64,000 nt of DNA from an uncultured Gammaproteobacteria bacterium (GTDB lineage Bacteria > Patescibacteriota > Patescibacteriia > Magasanikbacterales > UBA922): NCBI GenBank assembly GCA_964597575.1, contig CAZQXB010000001.1:530111-594110 (forward strand), in the 5' to 3' direction. The notes below the pieces were generated by a model. It was not told the origin of the DNA, searched no databases, and saw nothing but the letters and a program-made list of their open reading frames with translations. Numbering within the stretch: position 1 is the stretch's first letter; each line of letters opens with the position of its first letter. Below, piece by piece: positions 1 through 8,334 of the stretch. A program made the translations under genes and the position numbers.

Positions 1-2
1 CT

Positions 3-986
3 CTCGACGGTACAGCTACCGGAACCTTTAACTTTCGAGTTACAGATATTGTTGAAGATACCACCGAACAAACACATCTTTTTCTCGACGTACCGGTAAA
101 TGCACAATCCCTTGGAACTATGTCTGTGGGATTTGCTAACACAGCATCAAGTACCACCCCTTCATCGCCCCCTCTCCTCCTTTACGATGAAACAGGTACT
201 GGGCAAATACAAAGTCTACCCCCAGACGCCACCACCGATGAGGAAGACGAAACCGATCTCACCCCACCAACCACTACCGTATCTTTCTTTGGCTCTTTAG
301 GGGATAACGGATGGTATCGGAGTACGACTACGGTTACTCTTGCCTCAACTGATGAAGAAAGCGGAGTCCTTCGTACTATGTATTCTCTTGATCAAGGAAT
401 AACTTGGCAAAGGTACACAGAACCCCTTCTTTTCTCTACAGACGGAAGATTTACGCTCCACTCTTTTAGCATCGACGAAATAGGGAATAGGGAAGAACCC
501 CAGATCATTACTTTCTCTATCGATCAAACCCCACCAGAAGCAGAGTTCTTCTTTGACCCTAAGATCCAAGATATCCGGGTACGAGGAGTAGACTCCATGA
601 CCTCAACCACCGTGTCAACAACTCCAACTACCTACACCATTCGGGATGAGGCCGGAAATACTCTCCAACTTGTCTTTAGGGAAATAAATAGAAGGATACT
701 GAAACGGGCCACTCTTGATAGGCTGGTCTATAATGGTCAAGTGGTAGCACCGAACGCACGTCTCACCTCATTTGTATGGTTAACCAATACAAAAAATGAG
801 ATACTATCACTACAACAAGCATTGCGCTACCAAGCAGATGAAGGGTTGTATGCTCTCTATACCAAAATAGGTAACCGAACGTTTATCCGAGAGCGAGCAA
901 ATTGGAATACCTTTACCGATCGATTTGAGAGTGGAATGAAGGTGTTTCGGTTTGGGACTTATTTGGGTGAGATTATTTATCGTTAA
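3..986 (+). CDS. Surface/cell-wall associated protein, C-terminal part; the gene is truncated at the 5-prime end by the window edge. It is Thr/Ser/Pro-rich with an Ig-like beta-sandwich repeat.
   Basis: The frame is open from nt 3 with no upstream stop, so the listed ATG at 120 is internal. The motif TVTLASTDEESGVLRTMYSLDQGITWQRY...DEIGNRE resembles chitobiase/OmpL47-type Ig-like surface domains. A low-complexity T/S/P linker is present. Confidence 0.45.
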   Translation, partial: LDGTATGTFNFRVTDIVEDTTEQTHLFLDVPVNAQSLGTMSVGFANTASSTTPSSPPLLLYDETGTGQIQSLPPDATTDEEDETDLTPPTTTVSFFGSLGDNGWYRSTTTVTLASTDEESGVLRTMYSLDQGITWQRYTEPLLFSTDGRFTLHSFSIDEIGNREEPQIITFSIDQTPPEAEFFFDPKIQDIRVRGVDSMTSTTVSTTPTTYTIRDEAGNTLQLVFREINRRILKRATLDRLVYNGQVVAPNARLTSFVWLTNTKNEILSLQQALRYQADEGLYALYTKIGNRTFIRERANWNTFTDRFESGMKVFRFGTYLGEIIYR

Positions 987-994
987 TTTTTTTT

Positions 995-1285
995 ATGAGC
1001 AGTTCAATGAAAAAATGGATATTCTTAGCGCTATTTTTTGTTTCAAATGTTTTGCCGTATCTCTTCCTTTCTTACCTCAGCTACTTTACAGAAAGAGGAG
1101 CCAGTGTTAACCAGCAACATACCTTTTTAAGTATCATGATGTATGGTGGGCTGGTTACTTTTCTTTTTTCCCTTACTCTTATAAGGGAAAAAAGGATTTG
1201 GGTTTTTTTAGTGGCAATTCTTTCATTTCTAAGTTTTTTAGTAGGTTGGCTCTTTAGATCCTGGAGTATTAATCTTTCGATATAA
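995..1285 (+). CDS. Small integral membrane protein (3 predicted TM helices), hypothetical
   Basis: 96-aa ORF, strongly hydrophobic, immediately downstream of the surface-protein gene. Confidence 0.35.
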   Translation: MSSSMKKWIFLALFFVSNVLPYLFLSYLSYFTERGASVNQQHTFLSIMMYGGLVTFLFSLTLIREKRIWVFLVAILSFLSFLVGWLFRSWSINLSI

Positions 1286-1450
1286 GTAAAAAAGAAAAGC
1301 TCCGCCTTTTCTTATTGCAGCGAACTAAACCAAATCTCTACTCAAAAAAGAGCTGACCTGATTACCCTCGTCGATTGGCAAAAGTGCGGTAGCGAATTTT
1401 AGGATTATTGCGTAATCACTGTACAAAGATTAAAAAGTTTCTGAAAATTT

Positions 1451-1957
1451 ATGAGTAGTTTTGATAAAAAGATATGGACTCTGGTGGGAATCTTCATGCC
1501 CGTTTTTGCGGTGGTTCTTGTTTTAGGTATTGTTTACCTTCCAAGATTACTGCTACAGCCAGAATACAACTTTTTATATGTAGCGAATAGTTATCCTGTG
1601 GGGCCGCAGTATTTTGTCAAAGACCAAGGTCTGCTGAAGATTCAAGAGGAGTATGGCCATAATAGTCTTTGGGAGGTGCCGAAACTATACGTATATGATA
1701 CAAGGAACGACAAAAGTAAAGAAGTTTCTTACGAGGAAGCCATGAAATTCAAATTGGATTCGAGTAATACTGCCCCTGATGGTTATAAAATTATAAGACG
1801 TAAAGAAGGGGAGTCTGGGAGCAGGTCTATTTTTTCGTATGAGAGGTCTGTGATTTCTCACTATATTAGGGGTAAGGGATTATTTAAGAGATTGAAATTA
1901 CAGGGTCAAAGTAGGTTTTTCGACCTCGTCTACTTTGTTGGTTGGATTAAAAGTTAA
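1451..1957 (+). CDS. Hypothetical protein with N-terminal TM anchor
   Basis: 168-aa ORF with an N-terminal hydrophobic helix (IWTLVGIFMPVFAVVLVLGIVYL). No recognisable domain. Confidence 0.4.
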   Translation: MSSFDKKIWTLVGIFMPVFAVVLVLGIVYLPRLLLQPEYNFLYVANSYPVGPQYFVKDQGLLKIQEEYGHNSLWEVPKLYVYDTRNDKSKEVSYEEAMKFKLDSSNTAPDGYKIIRRKEGESGSRSIFSYERSVISHYIRGKGLFKRLKLQGQSRFFDLVYFVGWIKS

Positions 1958-1962
1958 TTATT

Positions 1963-2955
1963 ATGTTGATTAAAAAAGACGTGCTACAGGGAATTTCCAT
2001 TCTTGCTGAGAGCAAACAGCTCACAAAGAAAGAAGTTATTGATGCATTTGTTGGTAAATCAGCAGATAACGGTAACGCAATGGGAAGAGTATCTCGTATC
2101 GCTGAAACCTTTTACTTTATCGGTGCCTCCATTGTTGTTCTTGGTGTGGCTCTTCTTGTCTTTCAAAATTGGACTTTACTTTCAAGTACCGTAAAGGTGT
2201 TAGTAACGATTGGTGTGGCTATTTTCACGTATATTACGGGGGTTTTAGTTGCTCAAAATAAGAATCTTGGAAGAATTGGTGACGCATTTCAATTAATATC
2301 GGGCCTACTCATGCCTGTAGGTCTGGGCGTCCTGTTTAGTAATGCAAATTTGAATCCCACTTCCTATGAATGTCAAATAGTAAGTTCCTTTCTGCTATTC
2401 ATCTCTTATATCTTTTCCTTTTCAATTTTTAGAAAAAATATTTTTATCTTATTCTCCATTTTTTTTGGAGGTTGGTTATTTTTTAGCCTTACGGGTTTCG
2501 TGGCAAAGGAGTGGCTCATGTTAGATCAAACTGAACATTTTTTTGAATACAGGGCTTTTATTGTCGGATTTTTTTACATGTGTCTCGGGTATAAATTTTC
2601 AAATAATCGAATATCTTCCCTCAGTGGATTCCTGTACGGCCTCGGTTCTAGTAGTTTTCTTGGCTCATCATTTCTTATTAGTGGACTTGGCTACAACCAA
2701 AATTTAGTTTGGAATTTTATTTTCCCCGTAATAGTATTTTTTGTCTTGTTGGCCGGGGCATATATAAGGAGTAAGTCCTTTTTCGTTATTGGAACAGTTT
2801 TTCTTATCCTTTTTATTTTAAAGATAACTTTTAAATATTTTGCTCAAGAATTAGGATGGTCGTCTGCTTTAGTTATGGCCGGCTTTTTTATAATTGGAGC
2901 AGGGTATTTGGTCATCTATCTTAAAAAGAGGTGCTGGGGCAGAGTTCGTATATAG
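1963..2955 (+). CDS. Polytopic integral membrane protein, hypothetical
   Basis: 330-aa ORF with about 8 hydrophobic segments. Codon usage is consistent with its neighbours. Confidence 0.45.
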   Translation: MLIKKDVLQGISILAESKQLTKKEVIDAFVGKSADNGNAMGRVSRIAETFYFIGASIVVLGVALLVFQNWTLLSSTVKVLVTIGVAIFTYITGVLVAQNKNLGRIGDAFQLISGLLMPVGLGVLFSNANLNPTSYECQIVSSFLLFISYIFSFSIFRKNIFILFSIFFGGWLFFSLTGFVAKEWLMLDQTEHFFEYRAFIVGFFYMCLGYKFSNNRISSLSGFLYGLGSSSFLGSSFLISGLGYNQNLVWNFIFPVIVFFVLLAGAYIRSKSFFVIGTVFLILFILKITFKYFAQELGWSSALVMAGFFIIGAGYLVIYLKKRCWGRVRI

Positions 2956-2961
2956 AAATGT

Positions 2962-3406
2962 TTGTCAAAAAAGGTCACCATTAAAGACATCGAACGAGTC
3001 GATCAGCCGCGAGAAAAACTTATTGCCTACAGACCAGAAAAGTTATCTACATCGGAACTCCCAGTAGTTCTTCTTTGTGCTGGGAAAAAGGCTAGAACGT
3101 TCTTGAGATGTCCAGGTGCATTATTCATCGTTAGGCACGCTTACCACAACTCTGCTTCATCCAAGGGAGCTGTTCGAACCAGCCATCCGGGTCTACGCGG
3201 CGAGTATTCTACTATCCCACAATCATCCTTCCGGTGAAACTGAACCCTCAAGTGACGATATCTCCGCCACCAGACGCATCGTAGAGGCGGGAAAGATTTT
3301 GGGGATTGAGCTTCTTGATCATGTTATTGTGATGAAAGAAAAATGGTTCAGCATGAGGGAAAAAGGGCTTTTAAATAAGCGCGATTTAATTGGAAGATGT
3401 GCCTAA
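2962..3406 (+). pseudogene. radC: RadC-like JAMM/MPN+ domain protein, short form, interrupted by a +1 frameshift near nt 3105-3120
   Basis: The N-terminal frame reads IKDIERVDQPREKL (the RadC start motif). The C-terminal frame reads GTLTTTLLHPRELFEPAIRVYAASILLSHNHPSGETEPSSDDISATRRIVEAGKILGIELLDHVIV (the JAMM HNHPSG...S..D motif). The two overlapping ORFs 2962-3237 and 3116-3406 lie in different frames. Confidence 0.55.
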
Positions 3407-3667
3407 CATTCTCCGCTAGCCAGCTCCACGAAAAGAAGAAGGAAGATACTGCTAACGATAGCGGTATTTTTAGTTTGAAATTTCTTAACATGCATCGGGG
3501 ATTAGCAGTAAAGGGCAAGCTGCAATTTTAATTTATCCACATCACCTCCTTGACGTGACATACATTTTCTGTTAAGCTCATCTATTGGCCAAAAATGAGT
3601 ACTCCATACAACTCCCGTCGATCTTCAACTGGGTTAGTAAGAAACCCCATAACCGGGAGCACTCATC

Positions 3668-4228
3668 ATGGCAAAACATCAAAACAACAATCATCTTCTT
3701 CTCAACGATCTCATGGCTCGCGAATCGCAGGCCACGTTCGAGTACGTTGTGAAAGAACAGCTCACATCTCAAGGAGCGTATATTTTTATCACGTGTTTGA
3801 CGTGTGGAAGTGCCCTGCCTGAGCAGCCAGCGGAGCTGCAAATGGGTCCCTTAACCATCGAGGTCCATCCGGACGTCGAAGGTAAAAAGGATCACCATTT
3901 TTGCGGTCCTCAGTGTTTGCTTACTTGGCTTTGTCGGCCAGAAAGTGAATCTGGGCTTTCGTGGTTTCCGCGAAAACACTTTAAGCGTTACTATCGTACG
4001 GAGTACGATGGTTGCTTATGGTGTGACCGTTTCAGCTCTTCTCCAAAAGCAGTCGGGCCCTTTCTTAAAGTCAGTGGTCCGTGTGCTTCACTTTTCCATT
4101 TTTCCTCGCAGAAACTGCATCTTTTCTGCAAGGTTGAATGCCTGAAATACGGCCTTCAAGAAGAACTTGCAAATCTTCAAAACATGGAAGAGGTGGGTCC
4201 TTGGTATGACCTCTTTCCTCGGGGGTAA
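3668..4228 (+). CDS. Cys-rich hypothetical protein with two FCS/TRASH-like zinc-finger motifs
   Basis: Carries C-x2-C ... HHFCGPQC and LHLFCKVEC motifs (C-x2-C-xn-FC-x3-C pattern). Confidence 0.4.
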   Translation: MAKHQNNNHLLLNDLMARESQATFEYVVKEQLTSQGAYIFITCLTCGSALPEQPAELQMGPLTIEVHPDVEGKKDHHFCGPQCLLTWLCRPESESGLSWFPRKHFKRYYRTEYDGCLWCDRFSSSPKAVGPFLKVSGPCASLFHFSSQKLHLFCKVECLKYGLQEELANLQNMEEVGPWYDLFPRG

Positions 4229-4256
4229 CTAAGGTAGGGGTTATCTCGGACACCTC

Positions 4257-4508
4257 TTGAAAGATTACATTGCAGTGCCACAGTACACAAACTCACGACA
4301 AGGAATCTTGAGAAAGGGATTCGGCATGATTCACGATCAAGAAAAAGAGCTCCTGGCTCTTTGGGAAGAACTTGCTCGCACGTTCCACGACCATAGAGAA
4401 GTGATGGTTAGTAGCTTCGTAGCAAGTGGTATTGATGAGCCACTGAACGACCAGAAACGTGAACTTGTACGGCGTCTGGCAGAGCCAGAAGAGGGCGACA
4501 GTCAGTAG
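4257..4508 (+). CDS. Small acidic hypothetical protein
   Basis: 83-aa ORF. A GC hairpin CCCACCAGA-ttc-TCTGGTGGG at 4529-4549 follows it. Confidence 0.3.
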   Translation: MKDYIAVPQYTNSRQGILRKGFGMIHDQEKELLALWEELARTFHDHREVMVSSFVASGIDEPLNDQKRELVRRLAEPEEGDSQ

Positions 4509-4705
4509 GTTCAGCTCACTTCTCTCGACCCACCAGATTCTCTGGTGGGTATATATGTGCGACACCGGTTCTCACATCTCGGAGACATGTATGCAGCTTG
4601 CGCCATGTCTCCGCAATCCAAAAGATCATCTCGATTGAGGTGATTTTTTGTTTTATTGAAATAGTTAGTCTGTGTTAAACTAACTATACAGTTATATTCA
4701 GAGCT

Positions 4706-5137
4706 ATGTCGGTACAAAAATTTTTTACACAGGAAATATTGTTACGTAAAACAGGCCAATTAACTATTCCCGTGTTTTTGACTATCGGATCAATTGTGGC
4801 GTTTCTTGGATATGGTTTTGGTATCTTTATATCGCAGATTGCAGGGTTCCCTGCGCCGTATGAGTATGCCGGCTTAGTAGGCTATGAAGCTGCTGCGTTA
4901 TTTGGTGGTATGTTTGGAGCCGCGTGTGCATCCCTTTGTTTTATTTTCTTTTGGCTTAAGGGATTAGGCTTACGGCCGTGGATGATGGGAGTGTATACGT
5001 TAGTATGGTTAGTTTCATTGGGTGCATTACGCTACACTGATCAAGTGTTTCAAAATACTGCCATTGTGTATGTGCTTTTTCCGATTATTATAATTTCTTT
5101 AGTAATTACAGCATTTTTACTTAGGAATAATAAGTAG
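4706..5137 (+). CDS. Integral membrane protein (4 TM), hypothetical
   Basis: 143-aa hydrophobic ORF. Confidence 0.4.
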   Translation: MSVQKFFTQEILLRKTGQLTIPVFLTIGSIVAFLGYGFGIFISQIAGFPAPYEYAGLVGYEAAALFGGMFGAACASLCFIFFWLKGLGLRPWMMGVYTLVWLVSLGALRYTDQVFQNTAIVYVLFPIIIISLVITAFLLRNNK

Positions 5138-5718
5138 GTTTATTTTAAAGGTATAGTGAGCCAGCCAGGGGGTATTCTTAACCTCAGTCCCAATATCATT
5201 CACCAACCAGCTTATAACAAAAAAGCCCCCTAGAAGTGGGGCGGGGCAGCTTGGGAGGCCATTCTCCGCGAAGCTGCCTTCATCGACGCTTATCCTTTCT
5301 CGGGGATACGAGACCTGATACGACATTGACCACGAGAACGAATCCGAACAGGCCGAAACGAACAATGTCAGTCTTCGCCTCCTTCTTGGTCACCTCCCAG
5401 TATGAGCCTTCATTGGTTTTTTGACCCCTCATATCTTTAGTTGATCATATTTATTTTGTGCGTGCAAGTGGGGTGCGCTTCATTGTAGGTAAATAAGGTT
5501 CAAGGCGAAGGAGTATGGGGGTGGCTGGGTGCCGACGAATATGAAAGGGCGGATGGTTACGATTGCGTATACGGTGTTTGCCATTTATAACAGCCTTGAT
5601 TTCGTTCAAATATTCTGGTAAACTTCACTATTATTCGTAACCACAGCTATGAAACTGTAATACCAATCTCTTCGGTATTTAGCGTCTGACCATTGTCGGG
5701 CGAGTTTCATGTTGTGTT

Positions 5719-7119
5719 ATGTCAACTTCTGTTATTTCTTGTCGCAAGGTCGGCAAGTCATTTGATGGTGTCCTTTTGTTTGAAAACGTTACCTTTATCG
5801 TACGTCGGGGCGAGCGAGTAGGATTTATCGGGGCAAATGGGTCGGGAAAGTCCACCTTGCTTAGTATGATTATGAGTGAAACACCAGTTGATACCGGTGT
5901 TGTTTCGGTTGAGCGTGGGGTACATGTGGTGTACGTGCCTCAAACCGTTCTTGATGCTTCAGAAAAAAGTGGAGGAGAAAAAATGAAAGCACGGTTACGG
6001 ACTGCTTTTACAGCGCCAGCTGATGTATATCTTCTTGATGAACCAACGAATAACTTGGATAAAGAAGGTATTGCTATGCTTGAGGCGTTTATGGAGAAAA
6101 GTCAGGCAGCGTTTATTCTCGTATCACATGACCGGGCATTTTTAGAACGGCAAGTAACGAAAATACTTTATTTGGATGCCTATGAAAAAGCGCTTCATGT
6201 ATACGACGGAACCTATTCTGATTTTGTGCGTGAGCATAGAGAACAGGTTGATCGCGCGTGGAGAGTGTATGAGGCGAAAGAGAAAAAAGTGCAAAGAATA
6301 GAAAAGTCGATGGTGCAAAAAGGAGAGTGGGTTGCTCGAACCGTAGAGCAACGGTTGGGGAATAAAAAATTACCAAAGTACGTTCAGAAACCACGAGCTG
6401 CAGATTTGCGTGATGTGGAAGGACGCATGGGTCGACGCGGACGCATTCTCCGTGACCGCTTAGAGAAGGTGAAAGAAGGGTTAGAACATGCGCCGCCACC
6501 GAGAATGCTTCGGCTGCCTCGGCTTGATTTTACAGGAGCTGTAAGAAGCGGGGAATTGGTGTTTGAAGTAACTGATGCAAAAATGCGGCACGCCGGTGCT
6601 GCAACACAAGAAATTAATTTGCGTATTTCATACGGTGATCGCATTCGGTTGGTTGGTCCAAATGGTGCCGGCAAAACCACTCTCATTGAAGCGCTTATTG
6701 GTAAGCGGGAAGCGGTGAGTGGTCAGGTTCGTCGTGGTGCTGGGCTTGTGGTCGCGTATATGTCACAAGATCAAGTTGTTCACGACGGTGAAACGCTTCT
6801 TCAGGCAGGTTTGCGTATTTCGGAACAAGAAGAACATGAGGTGCGTGAGTTACTCCATATTTGGGGTTTTTCTCCCGACGCAATGGCGCAACCGGTAAGT
6901 TTGCTGAGCCAAGGAGAGCGCTCGCGTTTACTTCTTTCTATGTTCGAGCTCAAAAAACCAAATTGTATTATTCTCGATGAGCCGACGAACCATTTGGATT
7001 TAGAAGCTATGGAAACTCTTGAGGGTGCGCTACGTGAGTTTAATGGAACGCTTATTGTGGCAAGTCATGATGAGTATTTTATTGAGCGGATTGGGATTAC
7101 AAAAACATACTCGTTCTAA
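5719..7119 (+). CDS. ABC-F family ATPase (tandem ABC nucleotide-binding domains, no TM domain)
   Basis: Two Walker A motifs (GANGSGKST, GPNGAGKTT), two signature motifs (SGGEKMK, LSQGERSRL) and Walker B motifs (LLDEPTNNLD, ILDEPTNHLD), with a charged inter-domain linker. Confidence 0.75.
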   Translation: MSTSVISCRKVGKSFDGVLLFENVTFIVRRGERVGFIGANGSGKSTLLSMIMSETPVDTGVVSVERGVHVVYVPQTVLDASEKSGGEKMKARLRTAFTAPADVYLLDEPTNNLDKEGIAMLEAFMEKSQAAFILVSHDRAFLERQVTKILYLDAYEKALHVYDGTYSDFVREHREQVDRAWRVYEAKEKKVQRIEKSMVQKGEWVARTVEQRLGNKKLPKYVQKPRAADLRDVEGRMGRRGRILRDRLEKVKEGLEHAPPPRMLRLPRLDFTGAVRSGELVFEVTDAKMRHAGAATQEINLRISYGDRIRLVGPNGAGKTTLIEALIGKREAVSGQVRRGAGLVVAYMSQDQVVHDGETLLQAGLRISEQEEHEVRELLHIWGFSPDAMAQPVSLLSQGERSRLLLSMFELKKPNCIILDEPTNHLDLEAMETLEGALREFNGTLIVASHDEYFIERIGITKTYSF

Positions 7120-7176
7120 AGTAAAATTCTTTCGTGACGGAAATGGATTTAAGTTCTTTTTTCTTGTATTCTGTAG

Positions 7177-7734
7177 GTGCTATTTCTGCACATGTCTACC
7201 ACTCCCTCCTACACTTTAAAACACCGCCTGGGTACCCGTCGTATCCGCTTAACCGTTCGTTCAAACGGCCAGGTTGTGGTTACGGCACCGCGCCGAGCAC
7301 CCAAAGAAATGATTGATACATTTGTGGCGGAGCAAGCCGCGTGGATCGAGCAAACGGTGGCGACGCTTGCAAAAAAGAAACAGGCTATTCCAGCTCCTCC
7401 GGGAATGCAAACAAGTTATTTGGCGTGTAAAGCCCGGGCGATGAAGCTCGTCAAAGCCCGTATCGCCGTGTACAATAAATACTATGGGTTTACGGTAAAG
7501 CGAGTAGTGATTAAAAACCATTCGTCGAAGTGGGGGAGCTGCTCTTCCAAAGGAAATTTGAACTTCAACTATCGAATTCTCTTTTTGCCAGAAACACTCG
7601 TCGATTATATTGTGGTTCATGAATTGTGTCATCTGAAAGAAATGAATCACTCAAAAGCATTTTGGGCATTGGTGAAACAAACCGTGCCGTATCACGAAGC
7701 ACGTCGAAAAGAATTACGCACCTATCATTGGTAA
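7177..7734 (+). CDS. YgjP-like metal-dependent hydrolase (DUF45 / M48-like, HExxH)
   Basis: HELCHL zinc-binding motif in YIVVHELCHLKEMNHSKAFWALV. The N-terminus RRIRLTVRSNGQVVVTAPRRAPKEMIDTFV is typical of the YgjP family. Confidence 0.7.
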   Translation: MLFLHMSTTPSYTLKHRLGTRRIRLTVRSNGQVVVTAPRRAPKEMIDTFVAEQAAWIEQTVATLAKKKQAIPAPPGMQTSYLACKARAMKLVKARIAVYNKYYGFTVKRVVIKNHSSKWGSCSSKGNLNFNYRILFLPETLVDYIVVHELCHLKEMNHSKAFWALVKQTVPYHEARRKELRTYHW

Positions 7735-7743
7735 TTAAACTGA

Positions 7744-8259
7744 ATGTGTATGGATGTTTTTTCCCATGGCCTTTGGGGCGGGGCTGCCTTTGGCAGAGAA
7801 AATAAAAAAATGTTTTGGTCGGCAGTAGCTTTTGGTGTTGGGCCAGATATATTTTCGTTTGGAATTTTTACGGTTGCAACCATGCTCGGCATCGTGCCTC
7901 GCCCCGATTGGTCAGCTGGTCCGCCACCAGAATCACTCATCCCTTCCTATGTGCACAGTCTCTACGACATGACTCATAGCTTGGTCGTGTTTGCTGCGGT
8001 GTTCTTTATCGTGTGGGGCGTTCGCAAAAAACCATTCCTACCGATGCTTGCTTGGCCACTTCATATCATCCTCGATATTCCGACCCATACCACCGCCTTT
8101 TTTTCGACTCCGTTTCTCTGGCCCCTTCCTCACCCGCATGTAAATGGGGTATCATGGTCGCATCCGCTCATCTTTTGGCCGAACTGGGTCGCCCTTATCA
8201 CGGTGTATAGTATTTGGGGCTTGCGCGTATGGAGAAAGTCAAAAAAGGCTAAAATATAA
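7744..8259 (+). CDS. Membrane-bound metal-dependent hydrolase-like protein (DUF457/YdjM-like), tentative
   Basis: Polytopic 171-aa protein with an N-terminal SHGLWG...GPDI motif reminiscent of DUF457. Confidence 0.35.
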   Translation: MCMDVFSHGLWGGAAFGRENKKMFWSAVAFGVGPDIFSFGIFTVATMLGIVPRPDWSAGPPPESLIPSYVHSLYDMTHSLVVFAAVFFIVWGVRKKPFLPMLAWPLHIILDIPTHTTAFFSTPFLWPLPHPHVNGVSWSHPLIFWPNWVALITVYSIWGLRVWRKSKKAKI

Positions 8260-8334
8260 CAAAAAATCGCCCTAAAAATGGCGAAAGACACAAGACGGAT
8301 TATACCATAAAAACACGCTTTTGTCAAGGGCTGT

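Noticed and set aside
120-986. ATG at 120 as the start of the first gene
   Set aside because: The frame is open from the first base of the window with no stop, so the gene most likely begins upstream of the window.
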